DNA of 64,000 nucleotides from NCBI GenBank assembly GCA_041690135.1, contig JAWLHY010000002.1:880342-944341 (forward strand). Direction: 5' to 3'. Origin of the DNA: Armatimonadota bacterium. GTDB taxonomy: Bacteria > Armatimonadota > SYMT01. Every line of letters starts with the position of its first letter. Within the stretch, counting starts at the first letter, position 1. The notes beneath the pieces are model-generated. The model saw only the letters and a program-made list of their open reading frames with translations. It had not been told where the DNA came from and ran no database searches. A program made the position numbers and the translations under genes. This document shows positions 18,045-26,668 of the stretch, one piece after another.

Positions 18045-19313
18045 CTATGAAGCGATGCGCAACGGGGGTGGTGGGAGACACCCGCGAGTGAATGAAGGTA
18101 GACAGGGCCGCGCTGGAACTGCCGTATCGTGTGCCACCTTCCGTGCGATCTCGATCAGCCGAGAGGAAGCGGCCTGGACGCCGGGCAGGTCACCTAAGGC
18201 GGCGGCTTCGTCCAGTGAAGGCCAGGAGGCGGAGAGTGCGTCGTCTTCGTGGTGATCGACCCCCACAAGGATTTCCGCCAACTCGCCCCAGGTCTCGCGG
18301 AGTAGCGCTTGGATACGCTCATCGTTCTGTCGAAGGGTGTCCGAAGCTCCGGTTGCCGAGAGCGCGGTATCGGTGGCCAGGAAAGCTCGCAGCCCGACCG
18401 GATCGGCCATCAGCCACGCGTTCCAGTCTTTGTAGCCGACGGGCCGGAGACGATGCACGCCGCCAACGAGAGGGCGAAGGCGCGTCAGCCACTTCTCGGC
18501 GGCCTGATCGCCTGGATCGTCGGCGTCCGTGGCGACGATAACGGGTCGCACCTTACAGGCGACGGAAAACCACGCAGGGAGGCTGGTGCCGAGGGTGGCG
18601 AGGGTCGGGAGCCCGCAAACGTGAAGCGAGAGAGCATCAATCGGAGCTTCGGTTACCACCAACGCGGAAGTGGACCAAGCGCCGGGAGTTGCAAAAGCAC
18701 CCGATGAGAGGGTGCCACGGGTGAGCGCTTTGGGGCCGAACTCATCCGGAGAGATGGCGCGGCCCTGGACACCAACGAGAATGCCGGAGCGATCTCGCAC
18801 CGCAATAACCACGCGCCGAGACGTAGCTACAAGTTTCCATTGGTCATCTTCCTTGACCCAGTGAGGCCAGCGCGGGTGGTAACGGACCTTCGCCGCTAGC
18901 GCCAGGTCTAGGGGGATGCCGCGCTTGGTCAAGTACTCGGCGCCCGGTGTCCCTGGCAGAGGCACCAGCCCCTGGAGCACGCGTTTCCAGTCCGTCATGT
19001 CCGTGGTGACAGGCGCGGGGGAGGGTGGTAACTCCAGGCGAGCCTTGCGCTTGCGCCGGGTGGTCTCTCGGGGGCGGTCCTCCCACCATTCGCGTAACCT
19101 ACCGGCCGAACGCGGATGGCCTGGGCCGGTGGGGCAGCGTGGGCAATTCCAGAAACCCGATTCCATGTTCGCCGAAAGGCACCGGTGAGCGTCGTCCCGA
19201 GGCTTCGTGTGACCACAGAACGGGCAGAGGAAACGGCGCTCGCGTTTTCCTGGCGGAGCTAGAGGATCATAGGCCTCAAGCTCGGCGAGGGAAAGGAAGC
19301 TAGTGTCCCCCAT
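18045..19313 (-). CDS. Zn-finger + Toprim DNA primase-like protein
   Basis: CPFC...WNCPRC Zn finger; EYLTKRGI; Toprim VTEAPIDALS, ATDADDPG, KDWN; ATG 19313 with GGAGG overlaps the helicase stop. Confidence 0.88.
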   Translation of the reverse strand: MGDTSFLSLAELEAYDPLAPPGKRERRFLCPFCGHTKPRDDAHRCLSANMESGFWNCPRCPTGPGHPRSAGRLREWWEDRPRETTRRKRKARLELPPSPAPVTTDMTDWKRVLQGLVPLPGTPGAEYLTKRGIPLDLALAAKVRYHPRWPHWVKEDDQWKLVATSRRVVIAVRDRSGILVGVQGRAISPDEFGPKALTRGTLSSGAFATPGAWSTSALVVTEAPIDALSLHVCGLPTLATLGTSLPAWFSVACKVRPVIVATDADDPGDQAAEKWLTRLRPLVGGVHRLRPVGYKDWNAWLMADPVGLRAFLATDTALSATGASDTLRQNDERIQALLRETWGELAEILVGVDHHEDDALSASWPSLDEAAALGDLPGVQAASSRLIEIARKVAHDTAVPARPCLPSFTRGCLPPPPLRIAS

Positions 19314-20187
19314 TGCTAGCGGCCTCCGTGAACTGCTGCAAAGCACCGTGAAAGGATAGGCGCACCTGTTGACCGGGGGAACCGTTGCGGTTCTTATCGA
19401 GCGTCAGGAGCACTTGCGTGGAACCCGGTGCGGCCACCACGGCATCTTTGGGGGGCGAGAGATCCCACACGGATTCCGCGCCATATTCGAACCGGCGGGT
19501 GCCCGCACTGGCATTCATGCCACCGGAGCCCATCTGAGCGCGGTTGCGCTCGGCGACGGCTACAACCGGGCACTTGAGCTCCTGGGCGAGCGCGCACACC
19601 AGGCTGATGTGCTGATTGAGGGCATCATACTCATTCTGTGCATCCCCCCAGCCTTGAGCCCAACTGTGAAGACTGTCAATCACGATTAGTAGGTGGGGGT
19701 GGTCGCCACGCGTAGCGAGTGCCACGTCTTGTAGCCAGGCCGGGGTAGCATACTCCAGCGTAGCATCCCCTAGCACAAGACCGGGATACTTGGCGACGGT
19801 CTGCTGCGCGAGGGCCAGGGATTCCGCCGGCAGGAGTTCGCCGGATTTGAGTCTCCCGAGGTAAGTTCCAGTCACCCGCGCGGTGAGACGGCGGAATAGC
19901 TCGAGCCGGCCCATTTCGCAGGACAGGAAAAGAGCCGGGCACCCGCATTCGGAAGCGATTTGCAACGCGAGTGCGGTCTTGCCCGTGCCCGGTTGGCCGT
20001 GCATCACGTGCAGCCCCGGCGAGAGGAACCCGCCGAGGATCTGGTCCAATCGCGACAGGCCGGTAACTGGACCCCGTGGGGTCTTGGCTTGCCGTGCCTT
20101 ATGGGCTAATGAAGCGTCCTCCTCCCACACGGAGAGAAGCTCCCCCAGGCGGGATACTGTCAACCTACTACCCTGTTCAGCACCCAT
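19300..20187 (-). CDS. DnaB-like SF4 helicase (C-terminal motor domain only)
   Basis: TGLSRLDQILGG; GQPGTGKT; FLSCEM; IVIDSL; FEYGAE; DKNRNG; AAGGAG RBS before ATG 20187. Confidence 0.9.
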   Translation of the reverse strand: MGAEQGSRLTVSRLGELLSVWEEDASLAHKARQAKTPRGPVTGLSRLDQILGGFLSPGLHVMHGQPGTGKTALALQIASECGCPALFLSCEMGRLELFRRLTARVTGTYLGRLKSGELLPAESLALAQQTVAKYPGLVLGDATLEYATPAWLQDVALATRGDHPHLLIVIDSLHSWAQGWGDAQNEYDALNQHISLVCALAQELKCPVVAVAERNRAQMGSGGMNASAGTRRFEYGAESVWDLSPPKDAVVAAPGSTQVLLTLDKNRNGSPGQQVRLSFHGALQQFTEAASNGGH

Positions 20188-20281
20188 GACGGGGCTCCTT
20201 TCGAATAAATCCCGGCGCAAACGGCCGGAGCGTGTGAAACGATGACCAGGCGAAGGGGGTGGCGGGAACCAGCCGCCCCCC

Positions 20282-21547
20282 TTAAAGCCTTAGAGTCTTA
20301 GCGAATGGAAATACCCGCTTCCAGGCACGAAACAGCCAACCCAACTGCCGGGATAGGTGAGAGTTTCTGCCGGGATAGGTGGGAGTTTCTGCCGGGATAG
20401 GTGGTGAGGTGCAGGTGTACAACAGCACCGGTCTTGCCGAAGAACCACACGAGCTTTGCCCAGTCGAGATGCGCCGTTCGGCATAGTGTGCGAGGTCGTC
20501 CCGCACGCACGGGGGCGGCGGAAGGTGGACTCGACGGTTGAGGAAGGCTTCAAGTTGCCCTCTGCGGGTGAGCGCATAGCGATCTTCCGGATGTGTCAGC
20601 ACATCATCGACCCAGTCCTTGAGCGGCATCCCATCGGGGGGAGCCGCCAGGCACTCCACATCGATTAACTGCCCCAAAGCGGCATAGAGGCTGTTGATGA
20701 ACTCTCCCGGATGGTCAAACTGGCGATCGGTTATCTCGATACCGGCCTCGTATAGGTGGCTCCGCCAACTCCGATAGCGGGGCTTAAAGGGAGAAGGTGG
20801 AAGGGAGACGTATTGGGGGGCATTCAGCCGCCAGTCCCTACGGAGATAACGCCCGAGGCGCTTCGCGGTGCGCTGGCGGTAGGGGTCGAGGTGAAGGAGC
20901 CGGGGGGAGAAAGCCGCGACAAAGTATCTGTTGTCGGAGAGGGCTGCGGCTACAAATGCTCCTGGACTATACACATAGATAAGAGCGCCCTGATTCTTGC
21001 CGTTCTCCGGGTGAATAGAGTCGATTTCCAGGAGTTGTGAGTCAATCCCATTAGTCTGAATCCGGAATCCCCTGATGTCGCACATTGCTTTCTTGCACTC
21101 TCTGAGTGCCTTGTCCAGGGGCTTCACGTGCCGATACCTGCAAATGTCGCGTAACGAAAGACAGGCTTTGGCCGGACGCTGGTAATGAAGCCAATGGAGG
21201 ATGGCAATGTCAAAGATATCTGCCAGCGTATCCTCTTTCATCTGCAGGAACTGAGATTCAACCTCGGACATGACGGCGTCACTATGCCGTAGCCACCAGG
21301 CATCGCCATACCGCTCTTCGGGCCGCCGTTCAGGTGACCAGGTTACAACGACCTCCGGGTTCTGGGCCTCTTGATAGTACCGGTTAGCTTCGGCAGGATT
21401 GCTTTGCCAATCGTCACGACGTACGAACGAGCGGTGTAGAACTTGGTCTACTGGGCCATTCGGCACTCTAACAATTGGTCCACAGTAGACAGGATGAGAT
21501 CTCCGGGCGGCAAGACTATTCAACGGTCTTGGTGGCTGCTTCCCCAT
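20282..21547 (-). CDS. Putative replication initiator protein
   Basis: Lies directly upstream of the helicase and primase; iteron-like repeats in its 3' end; LDPYRQRTAKRLGRYL motif recalls plasmid-encoded proteins (from memory, unverified). Confidence 0.6.
   Translation of the reverse strand: MGKQPPRPLNSLAARRSHPVYCGPIVRVPNGPVDQVLHRSFVRRDDWQSNPAEANRYYQEAQNPEVVVTWSPERRPEERYGDAWWLRHSDAVMSEVESQFLQMKEDTLADIFDIAILHWLHYQRPAKACLSLRDICRYRHVKPLDKALRECKKAMCDIRGFRIQTNGIDSQLLEIDSIHPENGKNQGALIYVYSPGAFVAAALSDNRYFVAAFSPRLLHLDPYRQRTAKRLGRYLRRDWRLNAPQYVSLPPSPFKPRYRSWRSHLYEAGIEITDRQFDHPGEFINSLYAALGQLIDVECLAAPPDGMPLKDWVDDVLTHPEDRYALTRRGQLEAFLNRRVHLPPPPCVRDDLAHYAERRISTGQSSCGSSARPVLLYTCTSPPIPAETPTYPGRNSHLSRQLGWLFRAWKRVFPFAKTLRL
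20345..20403. repeat. Three iteron-like repeats with 22-bp period (putative oriV)
   Basis: CTGCCGGGATAGGTG at 20345, 20367 and 20389; 8-bp-period CTTA repeats at 20281-20304. Confidence 0.85.
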
Positions 21548-21609
21548 GGCGGAACTCCCTCATAAAGGATCGATTACATGCGCGGATGCTTGGTGCGTCC
21601 CGGGCCGGC

Positions 21610-21843
21610 TCAGAAGCGAGCCGATGTGACTTGGACTGCCAGGGTCTCCGCAACAGCGGGAAACCGGCGGATAAACACGAGGGTTTCCAGTGCGGCAATC
21701 CACTCCGCAGCCGGTAGTGAGTACTCGGAGGCGAGGGTCTCGCACTCCGATCGGATTACCGACTGCAGGGCAGACTCCGCTGTACGACATCCGGCGCATA
21801 CGGCGATCCGGAGCAGATAGTAGAGGCGCTCATTACTCGGCAT
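21610..21843 (-). CDS. Small hypothetical protein
   Basis: Overlaps the xis-like gene stop, in the same leftward operon. Confidence 0.5.
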   Translation of the reverse strand: MPSNERLYYLLRIAVCAGCRTAESALQSVIRSECETLASEYSLPAAEWIAALETLVFIRRFPAVAETLAVQVTSARF

Positions 21844-22060
21844 CGTCGCTGGGCAATTGAGCCTCGGAGCGCGCTGCGCCTTCGAGGAGGGCGCGGATTG
21901 CGGATTTCGGAACCAGAATGCGACGCCCTACCCGAAACGAGTAAATCTGTCTGTTCCTGATGAATTCGCGTGATTGTCGCTCGCCAATGTTCAGGATCCT
22001 AGCCAATCCGGCTGGGCTCACGGCCCACGGCGGGCTATAGAGGTCTAGATTCTCAGCCAT
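21833..22060 (-). CDS. Excisionase / MerR-like HTH (recombination directionality factor)
   Basis: SPAGLARILNIGERQSREFIRNRQIYSFRVGRRILVPKSAI; divergent from the integrase operon. Confidence 0.85.
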   Translation of the reverse strand: MAENLDLYSPPWAVSPAGLARILNIGERQSREFIRNRQIYSFRVGRRILVPKSAIRALLEGAARSEAQLPSDDAE

Positions 22061-22348
22061 GTATGTTTGCCTTTAGGTGCTCCGAGGGTATCATGCTGTC
22101 CCCCTCTGGTAATTCCCACTTCCTCCAGCCGCTACGCGCGGATTCTCCGGGAATTTGTTCTTCGCAGAGTGGGCTACCACTGGTGTGCTTGCCTCTCAGT
22201 GCGCCCAACTCAATGCGGGAGAAATGAGGCCGCTGATGCTGCCGATCCAGAAAATGGCTTCGCATGATGAGGGTAGCCCGCAGGGCACGCGAGGCGGCAA
22301 AAAGACGCCGCTAGCGACCGGAAACCACCTGTAGAACATGGTAAAATT

Positions 22349-22387
22349 CAGGTGTCACACTGACAATACAAAATCGTGTGACACCTG
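22349..22387. promoter_or_regulatory. 12-bp perfect inverted repeat (putative operator)
   Basis: CAGGTGTCACAC-N15-GTGTGACACCTG with an AT-rich spacer, between the divergent operons. Confidence 0.6.
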
Positions 22388-23457
22388 GGAGCCATTCCGA
22401 AATGCAGTTAAAGCTGAACTGGGCGAGGGGTGATTACGAGATCGTAGCGGGGCGAGTGCGACCGAGAGGACCTACGGAGGCATACGCGATTGCTTCCGAA
22501 TGGATGGGCCGTGGGCGGCGGACCAACGGTGGCCAATTGGCTGTCTCACTTGCGGGGGTAAGGTTACCCGACCGCAACCTTTCCGTGGATGAATATGCGT
22601 CAGAGGTTGTAGAGCCGCTCCTCGGTTTCTATCGGCAGTGGGGGCCTTTGGGACTTGCGCACCATGAGTTTGGTAGACAGAGCCATGTGCCGCAAGTTCA
22701 CGGGGAAGTTTGGGTGTGGGATGTCGCACCTGACGGCTACCGACGCGTGTTTGAGGCTTTGGACGGTGAGCGGGAGGTCTGGCCACAGCAGATTGGGCGG
22801 CCAGCTTACCCAGGCGGGCCGCTGCCAGTGGCGCAGGATCCAATGAAGAGCGAAGGGGGAAGACCACCGACGGCGACTGTGTTTATCCAGAGTAAACGTA
22901 TAGGGTCGCAATTGTGCTCGGCGACGGAGTTTTACGGGCGCTACTTCCCGAATGCGGTGGAGGGGCGGAGTCCGCAATATCCGATCAGGTTTCCCAATAT
23001 AGTCGTTGGAGGCAGTGCGTTCTGGGATGGGTATCAAGAACCGCTGAACCACGCATTACTTGAGATCGGGGACTTTCAGGATCTCTGGCGTGAAGTAGCG
23101 GAGGCTTCCGTTTATCGGGGAGATCCGAAAGGGCGAACGGAGTGGGTGGAGACAAACCTTATGCCGTACTTGAGAAAGGTTCATCCCCGCTTGGAAGTCC
23201 GCGAGGATGGGATGTTTGAGGGAGTGCTCTGGGCTCCTTCGCTGCTGGATGCAGCTTACTTCGAACTCGCCGCTGTGGCTATGCAAAGTTATGCGAGAAT
23301 CTGCATTCGCTGCGGCAAGCCTTTCGTCACGCCGACCGGCAAACGGCAGGCGTGCCCCAAGCCTAAGGCGTGTGATGATTACGTGCGGAAGTGGAAGGAG
23401 CGGCATCCTAGAGAGCCTTTATCCAAGCTGCCAAAGAAACTAGAAAGGGGATCCTGA
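22378..23457 (+). CDS. Hypothetical protein with a C-terminal CGNR-like Zn finger; putative regulator (start may be ATG 22402)
   Basis: FYRQWGPLGL; SLLDAAYFEL; RICIRCGKPF...RQACPKPKAC; TGATG coupling to the integrase. Confidence 0.7.
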   Translation: MTPGSHSEMQLKLNWARGDYEIVAGRVRPRGPTEAYAIASEWMGRGRRTNGGQLAVSLAGVRLPDRNLSVDEYASEVVEPLLGFYRQWGPLGLAHHEFGRQSHVPQVHGEVWVWDVAPDGYRRVFEALDGEREVWPQQIGRPAYPGGPLPVAQDPMKSEGGRPPTATVFIQSKRIGSQLCSATEFYGRYFPNAVEGRSPQYPIRFPNIVVGGSAFWDGYQEPLNHALLEIGDFQDLWREVAEASVYRGDPKGRTEWVETNLMPYLRKVHPRLEVREDGMFEGVLWAPSLLDAAYFELAAVAMQSYARICIRCGKPFVTPTGKRQACPKPKACDDYVRKWKERHPREPLSKLPKKLERGS

Positions 23458-24620
23458 TGGCGGGGCATTTGAAGGACCTGGGCAACGGTAAGTGGCGCGC
23501 GTGGTTTGACCTACCGCGCGGGGAAGACGGCCGGCGACAGCAAAAGGTAGTCACCTTTCAGGCGAAGGGCCGGCGCGAGGCGGATAAGCACGTAGCCAAG
23601 TTGGTAGCTGATGCCAACGCAGGCAGGATTCTCGCACCCACGAAGCACACCGTCGAGACCTACTTAGCCGAATGGCTGGAGAAGCGCGGGCAGGATAATC
23701 TATCGCCGAAGACGCTGGAGACCTGGGGCGATCTGGCGCGGGCCTACATCCATCCCCGGATCGGCAAAGTGGTGCTGGAGAAGCTCACCCCGAAGCAGGT
23801 AGATGATCTGTATAACGGGCTCCTGCTGAACGGACGAGTGAGAGGGGACGGAGGCTTATCCCGCAGGAGCGTGCTACACGTGCACCGGCTGCTGTCCGAG
23901 GCGCTGAAGCACGCGGTGAAGGTCGAACTGATCCCGCGCAATCCCTGCGATGGGATGGCGCCAAAAGGAGTCCGGCACAAGGAACGGGAGGCGGTCGAAG
24001 AGTTCGATGCGGAAGCGCTCGGGAAGCTCCTGGAGGCGACGAAAGACACCTGGCTGTATGTCCCCATCGTCCTGGCGACCGGCATGGGAATGCGCCGGGG
24101 GGAATGCCTGGGGCTGATCTGGGAGAACGTGGATTTCAAGAGCGGAGCCATCCATACCCGCATCTCGGTCCAGCAGCTCCGGGGAAAGGGTACCTTCGAG
24201 AAGAGGCCGAAAGGGGAGCGGACGCGAACCGCCGCCATGCCGGGCTTCGTGGCCGGCGCGCTACGCAAGCACAAAAGCGCGCAGGCGGCCCACCGGCTGC
24301 AGGTCGGCGAAGCGTGGGAAGACCGGGGATTCGTGGTGACCGATGGATTCGGGAACCCGAGGTCGCCGGGCTCGCTCACCCATGCCTTTCGGGATGTGAT
24401 CGAACGGGAAGGGCTCCCGAAGATCACCTTTCACGATCTGCGGCACGTGAACGCTACCCTGCTGCTGTTGAAGGGCGTGGACGTGAAGATCGTTTCGGAG
24501 CGGCTGGGGCACTCCACCAGCGCGATCACGCGCGATCTCTACCAACACGTCTTGCGGCCGATGGATCAGGAAGCCGCACGCGCGACGGATGATTTCTTCC
24601 GGGGTGCAGTGGGTGGGTAG
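23457..24620 (+). CDS. int: Tyrosine recombinase/integrase (ICEBs1/phage type)
   Basis: N-terminal arm-binding region; GMRRGE, FHDLRH, SERLGH, DLYQH catalytic motifs. Confidence 0.97.
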   Translation: MAGHLKDLGNGKWRAWFDLPRGEDGRRQQKVVTFQAKGRREADKHVAKLVADANAGRILAPTKHTVETYLAEWLEKRGQDNLSPKTLETWGDLARAYIHPRIGKVVLEKLTPKQVDDLYNGLLLNGRVRGDGGLSRRSVLHVHRLLSEALKHAVKVELIPRNPCDGMAPKGVRHKEREAVEEFDAEALGKLLEATKDTWLYVPIVLATGMGMRRGECLGLIWENVDFKSGAIHTRISVQQLRGKGTFEKRPKGERTRTAAMPGFVAGALRKHKSAQAAHRLQVGEAWEDRGFVVTDGFGNPRSPGSLTHAFRDVIEREGLPKITFHDLRHVNATLLLLKGVDVKIVSERLGHSTSAITRDLYQHVLRPMDQEAARATDDFFRGAVGG

Positions 24621-24624
24621 GATG

Positions 24625-24723
24625 GTATAACATCCCTCGTGTTATACGTGGGCGGAAAAAAGGCCGGGAAAGGCCCGATTCTGCACGGTGAAAACCACAT
24701 CGGTTATACGCCGTGTTATACGG
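24625..24723. promoter_or_regulatory. Putative integrase arm-type binding sites (right)
   Basis: GTATAAC (inverted, 24625), CGTGTTATACG (24638) and TCGGTTATACGCCGTGTTATACGG (24700). Confidence 0.75.
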
Positions 24724-24771
24724 AAGCCTTCCCGGCCCGGTTGCAGGGTGTATCGATCTTACAGTTAAGCA

Positions 24772-24856
24772 CGGAGAGGGTGGGATTCGAACCCACGGAG
24801 GGTTGCCCCTCACCTGTTTTCAAGACAGGCTCCTTAAACCACTCGGACACCTCTCC
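24772..24856 (-). tRNA. tRNA-Ser(TGA), intact copy; CCA not encoded
   Basis: GGAGAGGTGTCCGAGTGGTTTAAGGAGCCTGTCTTGAAAACAGGTGAGGGGCAACCCTCCGTGGGTTCGAATCCCACCCTCTCCG: acceptor stem, TGA anticodon, long variable arm, TTCGAAT loop. Confidence 0.97.
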
Positions 24857-24867
24857 CGGGTGCGGGT

Positions 24868-24896
24868 ATTGTATTCTCCGCTCCCCGGCCTGTCAA
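24868..24896 (-). promoter_or_regulatory. sigma70 promoter of tRNA-Ser
   Basis: TTGACA-17 nt-TACAAT on the minus strand, 11 nt upstream of the tRNA. Confidence 0.85.
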
Positions 24897-24987
24897 CCGG
24901 GTTCGCCTTCTCACCCACATTCCAGCTTTTCCACGCGCCCGGCCGGCTGCCGGCGGGGCGTGTGACACGGGGCAGATAGGATATGCA

Positions 24988-26256
24988 ATGGCGGAAGTGA
25001 AGGGATTTGCCGGGGTCCGATACCGGCTGGACCGGCCCGAGGCGGCCGAGGCGGTGATCGCGCCGCCGTACGACGTGGTTTCTCCGGAAGACCGGGAAGG
25101 CCTGCTGCAGCGGAGCGAGCACAATGTGATCCGGCTGGAGCTGCCGGTGGATCAGTCCGGGGACAACGAGCAGGAGAACCGCTACACCCGCGCCGCGGCG
25201 CTGTACCGGGAGTGGCTCGCTTCCGGCGTGTTGCAGCAGGACGGCGAGCCGTGTCTTTACGTCTATGGCCAGCGCTACGAGGTCTCCGGACGGGAGCAGG
25301 AACGGTTGGGTCTCCTGGCGGCGCTGAAGATCGAGCCGTACGAGGCGGGAGTGGTGCTGCCGCACGAGCAGACGTTCCCGAAGCATAAGGAAGACCGTTT
25401 CCGGCTGCTCTCCACGGCGGAAGCGCAGTTCAGCCCGATCTTCGGCCTCTACTCCGCGCCCGAAGCGGAAGTGCGCGAGGGCCTGGTGCGGGTCACGGAA
25501 GGGGAGCCCGCCGCCGCGGCTCGGGATCGCGATGGCGTGCTGCACCGCCTCTGGCCCGTCTCCGATCCGGAGTTCGCGGAGTGGCTCACTGGCGTGTTCG
25601 CGGGCAAGCAGGTCTTTATCGCCGACGGGCATCACCGCTACGAGACCTCCTTGCGCTACCGCGACCATCGTCGAGCGCAGACCCCGGACGCGCCGCTCTC
25701 CGCGTTCGACTATGTGATGACCTTCCTGGTGGAGATGGATGACCCCGGACTGGTTCTCCTGCCGACGCACCGGATGGTCCGCCAGGGGCTCCCGGCCGCG
25801 GCGGAGCTGCGGAGCCGGCTGGAAGAGGCGTTTACGGTGGAAGAGGTCTCGCTGGACGACGCCGATCAGCTTGCCCACCACCAGGTGGGGCTGGTCCTGC
25901 CGGAGACGGGGCAGGCCGGGCGGGCCTGGCGTCTCACCCTGAAGGACCCGGCCCTGCTGGCGCAGGTCGGCGAGGGGCAGAGCGCGGCCTGGCGGGACCT
26001 CGACGTGGTGCTGCTGCACCACTTGGTCTTCGACCGGCTGCTGGGGCTGGACGAAGAGGATAACATCGTCTACACGCGGGACCCGGCGGAGGCCCGCAGT
26101 GGGGCGGTTTCCGGCCAGTTCAGTGCCTCCTTCCTGCTTCCGTACCCCCGCGTGGAGGAGCTGAAGCTGGTGGCCGGGGCCGGCGACAAGATGCCCCACA
26201 AGAGCACCTACTTCTGGCCCAAGGCGGTAACGGGCCTGGTGATCTATCCCGAATAA
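24988..26256 (+). CDS. DUF1015 family protein
   Basis: APPYDVV, PHEQT, IADGHHRYET, MPHKSTYFWPK. Confidence 0.92.
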   Translation: MAEVKGFAGVRYRLDRPEAAEAVIAPPYDVVSPEDREGLLQRSEHNVIRLELPVDQSGDNEQENRYTRAAALYREWLASGVLQQDGEPCLYVYGQRYEVSGREQERLGLLAALKIEPYEAGVVLPHEQTFPKHKEDRFRLLSTAEAQFSPIFGLYSAPEAEVREGLVRVTEGEPAAAARDRDGVLHRLWPVSDPEFAEWLTGVFAGKQVFIADGHHRYETSLRYRDHRRAQTPDAPLSAFDYVMTFLVEMDDPGLVLLPTHRMVRQGLPAAAELRSRLEEAFTVEEVSLDDADQLAHHQVGLVLPETGQAGRAWRLTLKDPALLAQVGEGQSAAWRDLDVVLLHHLVFDRLLGLDEEDNIVYTRDPAEARSGAVSGQFSASFLLPYPRVEELKLVAGAGDKMPHKSTYFWPKAVTGLVIYPE

Positions 26257-26258
26257 CG

Positions 26259-26639
26259 ATGCCTCTCTTCGAATACCGCTGCGAAGACTGCAAGCGCAAG
26301 TTCACGCTGTTGGTGGGGATGACCGCGGAGGGGGCGAGCCAGGCTTGCCCCCGCTGCGGCAGCGCGCGGATCCGGAAGCTCATTTCCCGGTTCACCGTGG
26401 CGCGCTCCGAAGACGACGTCCTCGATAGCCTCTCCGACCCGATGAACATCGGCGACCCGGACGATCCGAAGGCCATGGCGGATTGGATGAAGCGGGTCAG
26501 CCGGGAAATGGGCGAGGACCTCGGCGACGATTTCGATCAACTGGTCGAAGAAGCCGCCGCCGAGGAAGCCGGCGGTGGTGGGGACGACGCGGGAGATTCC
26601 GGAAGCGGTGACGCCGGAGGTGGGCTGGGGGACCTCTAA
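26259..26639 (+). CDS. FmdB-family zinc-ribbon protein
   Basis: MPLFEYRCEDC...CPRCGS...KLISRF. Confidence 0.9.
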   Translation: MPLFEYRCEDCKRKFTLLVGMTAEGASQACPRCGSARIRKLISRFTVARSEDDVLDSLSDPMNIGDPDDPKAMADWMKRVSREMGEDLGDDFDQLVEEAAAEEAGGGGDDAGDSGSGDAGGGLGDL

Positions 26640-26668
26640 CCCATCAGAATGTACTCGTCAGCAAAGCG

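Larger units (their letters stand above)
1672..24825. mobile_element. ~23.1 kb tRNA-Ser-integrated element (integrative plasmid or satellite-like island)
   Basis: Terminal 55-bp repeats; integrase adjacent to the tRNA; xis-like gene; rep/helicase/primase cluster; visibly lower-GC cargo at ~6.5-8.6 kb and ~9.7-14.9 kb. Confidence 0.93.

Noticed and set aside
20345-20403. Mini CRISPR array
   Set aside because: Units are near-contiguous with near-identical 7-nt linkers, there are no unique spacers and no cas genes. Iterons fit better.
1672-24825. Complete prophage or self-transmissible ICE
   Set aside because: No recognisable terminase, portal, capsid, tail, lysis, relaxase, VirB4 or coupling-protein motifs.
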